Of a DNA stretch of 64,000 nucleotides, positions 46,863 to 59,060 are shown one piece after another. Source of the stretch: Octopus bimaculoides (lineage: Eukaryota); assembly GCF_001194135.2 (NCBI RefSeq), contig NC_068984.1, positions 84,424,184 through 84,488,183 on the forward strand, in the 5' to 3' direction. The position numbers were made by a program, and so were the translations under genes. Position 1 is the stretch's first letter, and the number at the start of each line of letters is the position of its first letter. The notes under the pieces were generated by a model. The model was not told the DNA's origin. It made no database searches and saw only the letters and a program-made list of their open reading frames with translations.

Positions 46863-48709
46863 CTAGATAGCACCACAGAAAAAACAACAGATAATCAACA
46901 ATTGTCTTCAGAGTTCTGCATAAAAGTCATATAAGACAACAGGTTTAGAAATATTTTTTTAACAGAGATCATATCTCCAGCCCTCATACCTCAGTTAATT
47001 TGTCTGTGAGGAGTAATATTCTGAGAGTTGACCCACCACTTCTTCCCAACTCTACCTCTGACAAAATTATCTTCCATTCAAAACCAGCATTTTTATATTC
47101 ATCACTCAGCATCCAATTATAGTACAGGTCCACACCAGAGCAGCCGTCTCTTACATACATTAGCTGATGTCTTTAGTGTTCAGCTGACTGGAGCTCTATC
47201 ACCATTATATATGATTCACACTGAATAAATGCTCAGATGCATACAAAGACATCGCAGACAGTACAGATACCAACACCAATGAAGGAGCCTCTACATAGTC
47301 ATTCAACTTGACAGAAAGAGCAATCAAATCTTTAAAAAAAGAGAGGGGGTGCACACTGTATAATGTATTAAATGCAATGTCTCAGGGGGAAAAAAAGGAC
47401 CCACTACATTCTTGGAGTGGTTGGTGTTAGGAAGGGCATCCAGCTGTAGAAACCATGCCAAATCAAACCGGAACTTGGTGCAGCTCCCCAGCTTACCAGT
47501 TTTCTGTCAAACTGTTCAACCAATTTTAGAAATATTACATTTCTAAATATCTCACAGAGATTTATAAAGCAATGGTTTGTTGCTTGTGTCACATGGCCAA
47601 CTGGAAACAGTGTTTCCTGGGGCTAAATAGCAGTAGCAGTTTTCCCTTTCCGGGGACTGCCACATTAAGTTGGCAACAAACCATCACTTTGTCTAACCAA
47701 TGTCGGCATGGAAAACAGATATCAAATGATGACGATAAAAACACCCATTCTGTTGTGTCTCTAGACAAGAAACACTATATTTATACCAGTCTGTCTGAAA
47801 AGGTTACTTCTACTTCAGGACTGAGTGGTTCAGTGATAAGGACAATCATCAAATGATGATTACAACAGAGAGGAAAGTAGTCATTATCATCATCATCATT
47901 TAATGTTCACTTTTAGGTGTTTGTATGGATCGGATGGAATTTGTTGAGGTGAATTTTCTACAGCTGGATGCTTTTCCTGTTGCCAACCATCACTTGTTTC
48001 CAAGTAACACAACATTCCCCATGACCAGACATGTTTGCCTTAAGGTGACATTTGTTTAGAACTGTCACATCAAGTCAGGGTAAGGAGACAATAACACACA
48101 TACATATACACAAACACATACGTATTGCATGCATGTATGTGATGGGCTTTTTCAGTTTCTGTTCACCAAATCCACTCATAAGGTTTTAATCAACCAGGAT
48201 GTATAGTAGGAGACACTCACACAAGGTGCCATGCAGTGGGACTGAAACCAAGACCATGCTGTTGGGAAGCCAACTTCTGACAACACAGCCACACCTAAGA
48301 AGGATAACTAATTATAAAAAAAATACAAAAAAAAAAAAACCTTCTGCTCAAACTCCCTGTAAATATCCAAAAATTGACAGGAGTCAAGTTTGTAATACAA
48401 GTTTGATCCTTTTAATATCAATCTTGCTTGACAGTACTTGTACTTAAGTATTCATATTTAAATTAAAATCTTAATTAATATCTAATTAAAACATATTTCA
48501 GATGGTCAAGCCAATAAGGGTGCTTCTATATGGTCCCATGACTTGCTAGAAATAGTAGTAAGACACCTCTAAAAAAATGTGATGATCATAGGTGGGGGTA
48601 GGGGTCAAACAATGACACCACCCTTTTACTGAACTTCACCTTGGTAATGTTGAAAACATAGCAATTTACTTATAGTAACAAAAGCTTTATAACAAATTTA
48701 TCAGCTTAC

Positions 48710-48815
48710 CTTTTACACTGCCAGTCATCAGCACTAAATAGACCCCTGCTTTTTTCTGCCATTGCCTTGCCAATCTCCGTTCCACCTTTCTTGTATGAGA
48801 CAATTTCTTTTTTAT
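48710..48815 (-). CDS. ZRANB2: ZRANB2 exon equivalent to vertebrate exon 3 (linker and start of RanBP2 zinc finger 2)
   Basis: ttctttAG acceptor and ag|GTAAGC donor; 106 nt, phase 1 to 2. KKGGTEIGKAMAEKSRGLFSADDWQCK is near-identical to recalled human KAGGTEIGKTLAEKSRGLFSANDWQCK. Confidence 0.95.
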
Positions 48816-51312
48816 CTAAAGAACAAGGAGTTTTAGAATTAGATTTGAGACATAAGAAACACAGTATAAACACTATTTGGCAAACTAATGGGGTAGCCAA
48901 TAAGTAAATATGCAACCTGCTGGATATGGAAACTAAATCTCACTCAAATCACACCCTTCTGTCTCAAAAAATAAAAGAGCTTTGGATAATTTAACCCTAG
49001 GTAAACTATTCTAGAAAAAAGGAGAAAAGTAGGTTGGTCACTGCTAGAACTCTAATCATAAATCAGCTTGATAAGGGCTGAGCTGAAGGTACACAACAAA
49101 GAAGAGAAAAGAACATTAGATAATGTTTGTAAAATGAAAGGAAAAAAGAAAGAGATGATCACAACTGGAACATCTCTGATCATGTCTGCTTGGTCAGAGA
49201 TGACCTAAGACTAAACTTATTTTACAGCAAGGTTCAAAATCTCAAATGTTAAATCAGAAGTGTTACCAGATAAAGTTTATCACAGAATTAACTGAGCCAA
49301 CAAGGAAACTTCTCAACCTGCTAGAAATAGTAGATGACTAAATCAAAACACATTATACTGTCTTATAAAGCAGTAGTTACCAAACTTTTTCAGGTTACTG
49401 CCACATTCCTAGCTGCCCTTCACCCTCACCACCACAAATATAAACCACTTTCTGCAGCAAATTCAAAACTGTATTTCACAAATAAAACTCAAACCTAATT
49501 AACCTATTAATATATTTTTTTACATCTGTCACCCCATTATCATCCCACTTTTCTTCAATGCTCCTGCCCCTGGATCTTTCCAATCCCCACCCCCACCTCC
49601 AAGGGGACAGTACTGCCCACTTTGGAAACCACTGTTATAAACCAAAGGAATGACACACATTAGATAATATAATCCGAGATATCCATCAGAAAATACACTG
49701 TTTTTGATCATATTTGATTAATCAAAGATGGCTTGGAATAAAACAACAGTTAATTCTGTTAAGAATCACAAAGACATATAGAACTGTGATTCCAGTTTTT
49801 GTTACTTCATAGATGATGACAACCTATGCAAGTAGTTCTCCGAGAAAAGTTTTTAAATGTATTAAAGGATGTAATATGTGTCCTGTGCTGAAGAAACACA
49901 ATGAAATATATGCAAATTTGAACTTACATAATCATCATTTAATATCCTTTTTCAATGCCAGCAGGGGTTGGATAGTTTGATAGGGTACAACAAACCACAG
50001 GGCTACATTAAGTTCCAATGTCAGCTCTAATGCCAGCCACTTTATAGTGTGTACTGGGTACTTTTTTTTTTTTTTTGGTGCCACCAGCACTAGAGAGGGC
50101 ACCTGGTAACTTGCAAGATGAGAAAAGAACAGGAAAAAGGAAAAAGCCCTCTCAGCTAAGTTGGAGCAAGTATTTGAATGGAGTGGTGGTATTATGCCAG
50201 GAGTAGAAAGGATAAAACATGACCGAGAGGCAAGCATAGGTGTCTTGTCATAGAGGAGATACAAGGCTACCCAACATTTTATAAGAATGGGAGTAACTAG
50301 AAAGGCGGCAGAGATGGTAGTAATGAGATGAGATAATAATCTGACAGTATCTAACTGGCCATTTGGCCTGTATTCTTGGAAAATACACTGCTCAATGATG
50401 ATGATGACAAGAGATCATGGCAATAGTGATGATGATGGTGGTAATGTGGATCATGGTGATGTCAGTAATATTGATGGTAGTAGTGATGATTTACTGTAGC
50501 TTTATAGTTATTTCTTACAACAACAATAATTTAATTCTATTGGGAGAAATTGGAATTGACATGAGGACAGAGCAGGCCCAAAGCAAGTGCTCTATTGGGG
50601 ACAGCTAGGATTTTGAGATTGGTGCTTGGGTGTTGAATGTCTTCCACAATAAGTTAAGATCCAAGTACCAAAAGCTTATAGGTTGTGGAAAGAGATCTTA
50701 TGAGACCTCTAACACATTGCTGTCTTCTCTCACAGTATCAACCAGAACAAGACAAAGTGCTCTGAGTCATAGAATAATAATAATAATATTTTCAGTTCAT
50801 TATAGCCAAGGCAAGTCTTTGTTGAAAAAGGAAAATGAGATATAATCAATTGGGTTGAACCAATATCACAACTACTGATTTTATTGAACCATGAGAGATT
50901 AATGATAAGACTGACCCAAATAAGATTTCAGTATGATTACCAAACAAACTAAAGCATCCAGGCTGGTTGTCAATAATTAATCCCTGTTTATGGCTTCCTG
51001 ATAACTTTCATAGGAATTAGATTACAAGTTGTGTATGTATGTATGTATATACATATATATAGTACGAAAAAGGAGGAAGAGAATTTCAATTATCCCCACA
51101 TGGTGAGTTGTAATGCAATATATATATATATATACTACACTCGGAGTGGTTGGCGTTAGGAAGGGCATCCAGCTGTAGAAACTCTGCCAAATCAGATTGG
51201 AGCCTGGTGTAGCCATCTGGTTAGCCAGTCCTCAGTCAAATCGTCCAACCCATGCTAGCATGGAAAGTGGACGTTAAACGATGATGATGATGATATATAT
51301 ATATATATATAA

Positions 51313-51925
51313 AATAAAAGAAGGAAAATGCACAGTTTTCATAGTTTTGATATATTTTAAATGAAAGAGTATTGTGGTTGTCGACCGGTTTTACTTTCGC
51401 TAATCATGACATTGAAATTATTGTAATTTTGTATTAAGAAAAGTTTAGTCCATGTTCTTGTATGAAAGTTTGTGACTGAATCAGCAATTAGAAAAATCTA
51501 AGTGGAGGTAATTGGTGATAGTTATTACACGGGACAGGGGAGGTAATTGCTCATTTTTGGAGTGTGATAAATAAACATACAAAAACTCATTAGCTAAAGT
51601 AGTGAGATGAAATATGAAGTGATGGATATGTGATCATGAATTAAAATATATACTGAGACCAAAGTTGGTTATGCATTCATATTTAGGTGTGTTCTGTAGT
51701 TTTCAATAAATAAATTTTCTTTATTTAAACATTCAGATTTTTCTACTTGTTGATTCATTCACAAACATTCATACAAGAAATTGGGCTAAAATCTTGAGAA
51801 AATACAAAATTACAATAATTTCAAAATCATGATTAACAAAAGCAAAAGCAGTCAACAACCACAATACTCTTTCATTTAAAATATATAAAAACTATGTAAA
51901 CTGTGTGCATTTTCCTTCTTTTATT
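51313..51925. mobile_element. MITE-like element with about 100-bp imperfect TIRs
   Basis: aataaaagaaggaaaatgcacag...gagtattgtggttgtcgac (51313-51409) is the reverse complement of gtcaacaaccacaatactc...gcattttccttcttttatt (51827-51925). Flanks are TA-rich. Confidence 0.75.
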
Positions 51926-51932
51926 ATGTGTG

Positions 51933-51967
<35 letters not shown>

Positions 51968-52620
51968 ATCATCATCATCATCATCGTCGTTTAACGTCTG
52001 TTTTCCATGCTGACATGGATTGGATGGTTCAACTGGGGTCTGGAAAGCCAGGAGGCTGCACCAGGCTGATCTGGCAATGTTTCTACAGCTGGACGTCCAT
52101 CCTAACGCCAACCACTCTGAGAGTGTAGTGGGTGCTTTTTATGTGCCACCAGCACAGGGGCCACGGGGGGCTGGCATCACCACGGTTAGATGGTGCTTTT
52201 TATGTGCCACCGGCATGGGAGCCAGTCAAGGCGGTGCTGATATCGGCCACGTTTGAATGTTGCTTTTTATGTGCCACCGGCACAGAAGCCAGTTGGAGCA
52301 AGGGGGCTGGCATCGACCACGTTCGGATGGTGCTTTTTACGCGCCACGGGCATCGGGAACACAATTACTATTTCCATTTTTGATTGTGATTTGATTCCAT
52401 TTTGATATTGATGTACTTGACACAATAGGTCTCCTCAAGCACAGCATGTTGCCCTACGATCCAAGGGTACTTTTTGAGTTGGCTGGTTATGCGACACTGG
52501 TGTAGGTTACAGTTGTGATCTCACTTTATTTGCCGGATCTTCTCAGTCACAGCACATCTCCAGAGCTCTCTGTCTTTTGTCATTTCCTGTAAGGCCCAAT
52601 GTTCGAAGGTCATGCTTCAC
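51968..52620 (-). mobile_element. (GAT)n-tailed retroposon, long copy with internal tandem subrepeats
   Basis: Same family as 22045-22510, with a repeated gtgctttttatgtgccacc motif. Confidence 0.75.
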
Positions 52621-53689
52621 TACCTCATCCCATGTTCAGTCCCACTGCATGGCACCTTGGACAAGTGTCTCCTACTATAGTCTCAGGCTGACCAAAGCCT
52701 TCTGTGTGGATTTGATAGACAGTTTATGTCCCTTGTAACTTAGCAGTTTAACAAAAGAGACAGATAGAATAAGTACTAAGCCTAAAAAAATAAGTCCTAG
52801 GGTTGACTTGTTCAATTAAAACCCTGCAAGGCAGTGCCCCAGCATGGCCACAACCAAATGACTGAAACAAAATAATTCTCACTACCTCAAGCTGTAAAGT
52901 GATCAGAATTACTTTTATTTTATTTTTTGTGTGTGTACAGGATAATAGTAACTTTTGTCACATATTATTACTTAGCCACGTATTGTAACAGAATTTCATG
53001 ACCAGACACAATCCTTGGACTGCAGTGGCTGATAGTGAGAACTAACTGGTTTCAGCCATTGGACTGTGGCCAAGCTGGTACATTGCCATCAAGAGTTTTC
53101 ATTGATTATATTGATCTCAGTACTTTCTCTGATAACTACTTAATCTCAGAAGGAGGAAGGGCAAAGCTGACACAGGAAGATTTTACACTCAAAACATAGT
53201 GAGATAGTCAATACCACAAGGTATTTTGTTTGATGTTTGATTCTTCCACAAATTTCTTAAGACTACAATGTAAGCATGAGGGATGTGCAATGAACAAAGG
53301 CATCTTCGGTAGTCTGCATAGTGGACTTGGAAGAGCTGCATTGCTGGGTAAACAATTCTTGGTTTGGAGGAGTTAATGAAATTCTCCAGGTGTTGTAGAC
53401 ATTGTTTTTCGCTTGAACAGCTACAAGTGAACCACTTGAGAAAGTGAGTTTTTGTAGCATGTGGAACGTGGAGGGGACATGCCTAAAAGGATAGTAGACA
53501 GTTTGAGAATGTCACATTGAACAATAGAGAGAAAGAAGATTAGAAAAACAGAATTAACAAGGTTGATTCATGGGTACTTCATTGCAATAAGAGATTTTTG
53601 TGGTGATATAAAATTGTTGTTTAGCTCTAGGTTAGCACTAATCAAGCAGACCGATGCTTAAAGAAGTCCCAGTTGAAACAATCTCATCT

Positions 53690-53945
53690 TTTCTCCAGAC
53701 ATAGTATATGGAGACCTACAGTTCTTCAGACAGTATATTTAGGACTGTATTAAGCAATATACTCTTCAGGCATATTGTATCTACGGCTCCGTTAAACAGA
53801 TGTACTCTTCAGACATAGTTTATCTAAGACAATAATAACCAATGTATTCTTCAGACAATATATCTAAGACTACACTATCCAATATGCTCTTTCAGGTATA
53901 ATTTATTAATAAGTACATTATTCAATGTGTTCTTCAGACAATGCA
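53690..53945. repeat. Degenerate minisatellite with a period of about 42 bp
   Basis: The anchor tcttcag(aca) recurs about seven times, mostly at 41-43 bp spacing. Confidence 0.6.
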
Positions 53946-55926
53946 TCCCTCATTTTTCTTATCATGGTTGGGTACAATTTAATCATAGCTTTGCTGCTAT
54001 TTCTATAAGATCAACCAAAGTTACAAAGGCTCCTACATTTGTTTCACTGATTGTTAGTAATGTTTCGACATTAGGTGATGCTCTTAATTTACATGTTCTA
54101 ACAGGAGAGATAAAAAGGTTTGTGATCAGTAAGCTATGTAATAAGGTTTGTGATTAGCAAACTATGTAATGAGTTCATTTTTATTACAGTTCATATATAA
54201 TTACATTTGTGTATTCAGTAACACTGCTTTCCTAACAATTTGTAAATTCTAAATTTCAATTCTTTAAAAAAAATTAAATCACAATAAATGAAAAATGTTT
54301 TTGAAGAAAAATTATAATTACCCATTTTGGAAATTTCGTTTTCCTCAATAGAGACAAGCAAATCACAGCTTTCCTCCTGGAATAAAACAAAACTATTTAA
54401 TATTAATAAATGCAAATTAAAAAAGAAAAAAATGTTTTTTCATGCTAATAGAAAGGGAGAGGAAAACAGTATGAAATTTCAGAAGGAAGACATGTGAAAT
54501 AAGATATCCTTAACTTGCAAAACAACAGTTAGAGACATGAAGGGCATTTTGGTTATAAAACGCTTCAAAAATATATTTATTCATCCTAAGCTACTAGCAT
54601 AGAAAACTGACATAAAAATGAATGAATTGAATATATATATATACACAAATACACATACACATAAATACATACATATATGTCTATATACACATAGTATGTA
54701 TGTATATATACATACCATAGTAGTCATCAACTCAATTTCAAGCTTAGCAACTTTCTCATTGCAGACATCTAACAAGTTTAATAAGGTTTCTACCTACTTC
54801 TGATTTTGTTTTAAACTTTTTAAGAAATGCTGCACATAATTTTATCAAAAATCACATCAAGAGCAGCTCCCCAAGTGTGCATTCATTACAAATGAATTTT
54901 CAGCCCAACAGTATGAGTACATCTTGGCACATAAAGGACAGCATATATATATATAGACATACACACACACCTGTGTGTATATGCATGTATCTATGTATGT
55001 ACGTGTGACAACTGCCATCTGAGAAGTGACAATACTGAATATGCAGGAGAGTAGCAGCTATGTAATTCTATAAGGTGTATTAAATGTACACCATGATTAT
55101 ACAAGAAGTATGGTGGGATCAGAGGTAAGCTGACAGAGAAGGAAGACTTTGCATGAGTAGTTAGCAGTAAGAAGCAACTGTAAATAAATTCTTTCAAATG
55201 CTTGGAAGATTCCATAGAGGTAACCGATAGCTTCACTTACTTACATATTTTAATTAGCAGAAGAGGTGAGTACTCTGAAGGCATAGTAGCCAGGGTAAGA
55301 GCAGGATAGAAAAAACTTTAGGGATCTATAACCTCTCTTGGTAACAAAGGAATTCTTTCTGAGTGAAGAGTAAATTGTATGAAGTATGATGTTGCAAGAC
55401 AATGAAACCCGGTCATTGAATGTACAAAGACTAAAAAGAAATGGGATGAGCAAGCTGGGCAGGAAATGAGATATTAGTATGCATGAAAATGAACCATAAA
55501 TGAGCTGAGAGAAAAACAGGAAGTAAAGTCAGAGGTAGTGTGCAAGAGGTAAGACTATGCTTGCATAGGTATGTGATGTGTACACAGGATGACAATTGAA
55601 TTAGAGAAGTGCCAAGCAATACAAGTAGAAGCAATCTGTGGAAGAAGAAGCCCAATGGGTAGAAGAGGTGAAAATCATCTGAGAAGGCTGAATCTCATGA
55701 AGGAGGGGATTGCAGTAAGTGGTGAGACCCTGCATGAGAGAAAAACCCACCCAACCCAATCAAGTATGGAAAAGCAAACATAAATTGATGATTTTATTTT
55801 TGTATTTGGTTTGCAAGATTCTCAATATGATCTTGTACATTGAAACACATTTTGCTGCATTCCTGTAGATTCATTATACTAATAATGAATCTATAATTAT
55901 ACAGCAAAATCTGTTTATCATACTAA

Positions 55927-56283
55927 TAATAAACACAGTGGTTCTATTTCATTTATTATTATCAGTCAGTTAACATTAAACCAATTGTTTGATTAATTGT
56001 TCAGTCAATCAGCTAGATTTATCAAAATCCTTTTATTGCCATTCACAATCTTAGCAACAACATACCCTATCTAACTAGCAGACAGACCTGAAGCTGACCT
56101 GGAATAGGAAGGGCATGTCATTGATGAGGGTGAGAATAGCAATGAAAGGACTTCGACAAACATGACTGATTGATAGATTGACCGAACAATTAATCAAACA
56201 ATCAATTAGTTAACTGGTTAAATGTTAGCCGACTGACTAAAAATAATAAAAGTGAATGAAATAGAACCACTGCACATTTATTA
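55927..56283. mobile_element. MITE-like element with about 85-105-bp imperfect TIRs
   Basis: cagtggttctatttcatt...gattaattgttcagtcaatc (55927-56010) pairs with gattgaccgaacaattaatc...aatgaaatagaaccactg (56176-56283). Confidence 0.65.
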
Positions 56284-59014
56284 TTGGCATAATGAACCTC
56301 CCAAGATACAACAAAACTGGTGATGATTCATATGTACACACATAAGCAGTCTTTCAAGTATGTATTGTAGGTCAGACGTACAGATGAGCAAACAGGTTTC
56401 ATATATACAATGGAAGTGAGGGATATGAATAGCAACAAGTAGATAATATGTATACAAAGAAAAAAACTGTATTGATGTATGTAACTGCACATATGTACAC
56501 ATAAACATATATATATATCATCATCATTGTCGTTTAACGTCCGCTTTCCATGCTAGCATGGGTTGGATGATTTGACTGAGGACTGACGAACCAGATGGTT
56601 GCACCAGGCTCCAATCTGATCTGGCAGAGCTTCTACAGCTGGATGCCCTTCCTAACACCAACCACTCTGAGAGTGTAGTGGATGCTTTTACGTGCCACCA
56701 GCACGAGAGCCAGTCAGGTGGTACTAGCAATGGCCACGCTCAAATGGTGTTTTTTACATGTCACCTGCACAGGAGTCAGTCCAGCAGCACTGGCAACGAC
56801 CTCACTCGAATGTTTTGTTCACGTGCCAGTGCCACTTAACTGGCTCCTGTGCCGGTGGCATGTAAAAAGTACCATTTGATCATGGTTCATGCCAGTACAG
56901 CCTGACTGTCCCTTGTGCCGGTGGCACAAAAAAAGCACCTACTACAGTGAACTTTGCCAGATCAGATTGGAGCTTGCTGCAGCCTTCTGGCTCGCCAGCC
57001 CTCAGTCAAACCATCCAGCCCATGCCAGCAAGGAAAGTAAACGTTAAACGATGACGATGATGATGTATATATATATGTTCTGTGAAAAACATGTCTGGCC
57101 ATTGGAAATATTACTTAGCTTGGAACCATGCAGCAGTCAGTAACAAGCATTGCTGTTGAGTCAAAGCAAAAAGACTCCGACTCCTCTACTATTGGTACCT
57201 CCAACTCCAACTTCTCTTTATGTAATTATGTGATTGTAGTCTACATAACTCATAAAGCATATGCATATGCTTGTACTTTGAGTAGGCCTATATGTTATAA
57301 CTGGTTTATATAAAAGAATAAAGATATTGTGAGTTGGAGTCATAGCCAATATAGTTTTACCGACTCCGACTCCAGCTACCCCTTAATAGTTTCTGACTCC
57401 AACTCCATGGCCCTGGTAACAAGCCTGTCGCAGTAAATTCCATCTGACCAATATGAGCATGGAAAAGTGGATACTAAAACAGTATTGAATACACATCAGT
57501 CATTGTTTAAGGATTGTTTTACTACCTCATTACAGACTAGACAAGATATAGGGAAACTGTTGCCAAACAGTTTCCCCATGATTTTTTAAGGGTGATAGCA
57601 TGGTCCAAAGGCAGAAAGTCTACAACAATTAAAAGCAAGTAGCAAATTGTTTCAGCCTGTACACCTGTTGATAGTATGTAACTCACTGCCACCTGTTTCA
57701 CTAGACTTTAAACATCACTGTAACTTTGGCGTAAGAGGCAAGAGAGTTTGTTTACACTTTGCTCAAAGTGCTGCCTCAAGTTTCCTGAGGGAAGGAGTGA
57801 CTAACACTAAATCACTTGCAGTACAAATAGTGACAAACAGACAACTCCTTTGTATCAAATGATATTTTAGTTGATTTTGTCTCAGACAAAACAGAAAACA
57901 ATTAAGAGTTAATAGCATCCTTAGAGAATTCGGTCAAACTATTCTATTTCTTTTTATTTTGAAACACTAATTTCATCTTTTTGTTTTTCTTGTTACTCTA
58001 AATATGAAGGATTTCTTATTCCATTTCTCATGTTTTTGGAGGAGACGTACTGTCCATGGCTTTCCCATATATGTAAATGAATTGTAATATATTATTTTAT
58101 CAAGAGAGGAAAAAGACTTTTCGCACATTGACCATCAGAATAGAGACTTGGTGGATAATAGTTTTAAACTGACGTGTGTGTTACAACACTCATAAGATGT
58201 CACGAAGCTTTGAATTCACATAAATGACAATCATAGGGAGTTATGGTAATGAGACCACAAAAACCTTTACAAATTAGAAAATTTTCTGCGATATCCCTCA
58301 ATTGTTTTTACAGGACAAATTGGATAATGTAACCCAAGTTACACTATCCCTGAAGCGATACGAACAGGTCATAGCAACAACAACAACAACAACAAAGACT
58401 GGGAAGAAGGGGTCTTTTGTGGTCACCGAACGTGGAATTGATTTTAATACTCTTAAACGCAGAAAACTGAAGTTCGGTATTAGGATAAGGTTAAATTTTG
58501 AAATTTACTGTATCTCTCCTCATCTATAATACGTGCTGTTTAACTTGAGGCCAACCGTAACTGATGACCATTACATCTTTTTTGTATGTCTAGTACAACA
58601 TCGGCCAGTTTATCTTTAAGATAATTGGTATGAGGGAGTGATATGGGGGAATTTGGCTGCTATTTCTTGCAGACCGAGCAACTGCGATTTATAAGTGGAA
58701 AGAGAACGGAAAGTTGTCGCTGTATATATTATATAACCAACGACATTGTAGGAAAGTAAGTCAAATGAAATCGTTTCAACAAGTATTATTTACAACCAGT
58801 CGGTGATATCAGGTGTCACAAAAACCACCACGTATCTGAAATTATTCTAGCGTGGGACACACTCACTCTAAACATATCAGCAGATGGAGAAATGAGGACG
58901 GCGTGAAAGATTAAATGATTTCTCTCACCCCAAACGTAAAAATAGAAAAAACATTTCCAACAAGGAATGGGAACTTGTAATAATTATTGTAATTTCTCCA
59001 TCTTCTTTTTCCTC

Positions 59015-59060
<46 letters not shown>

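Noticed and set aside
49529-49711. GDWKDP motif on the minus strand as a possible ZRANB2 exon 1 (GDWxCP)
   Set aside because: No cysteines, and the segment starts with a hAT/Charlie-like terminus (cagtggtttccaaagtgggc), so it is more likely MITE sequence.
53690-53945. Regularly spaced short motif as a CRISPR-like array
   Set aside because: Eukaryotic context; the spacers are themselves related, so this is a decayed minisatellite.
57551-57576. 11-bp perfect hairpin gggaaactgtt-gcca-aacagtttccc
   Set aside because: Short enough to arise by chance in 64 kb, with no contextual support.
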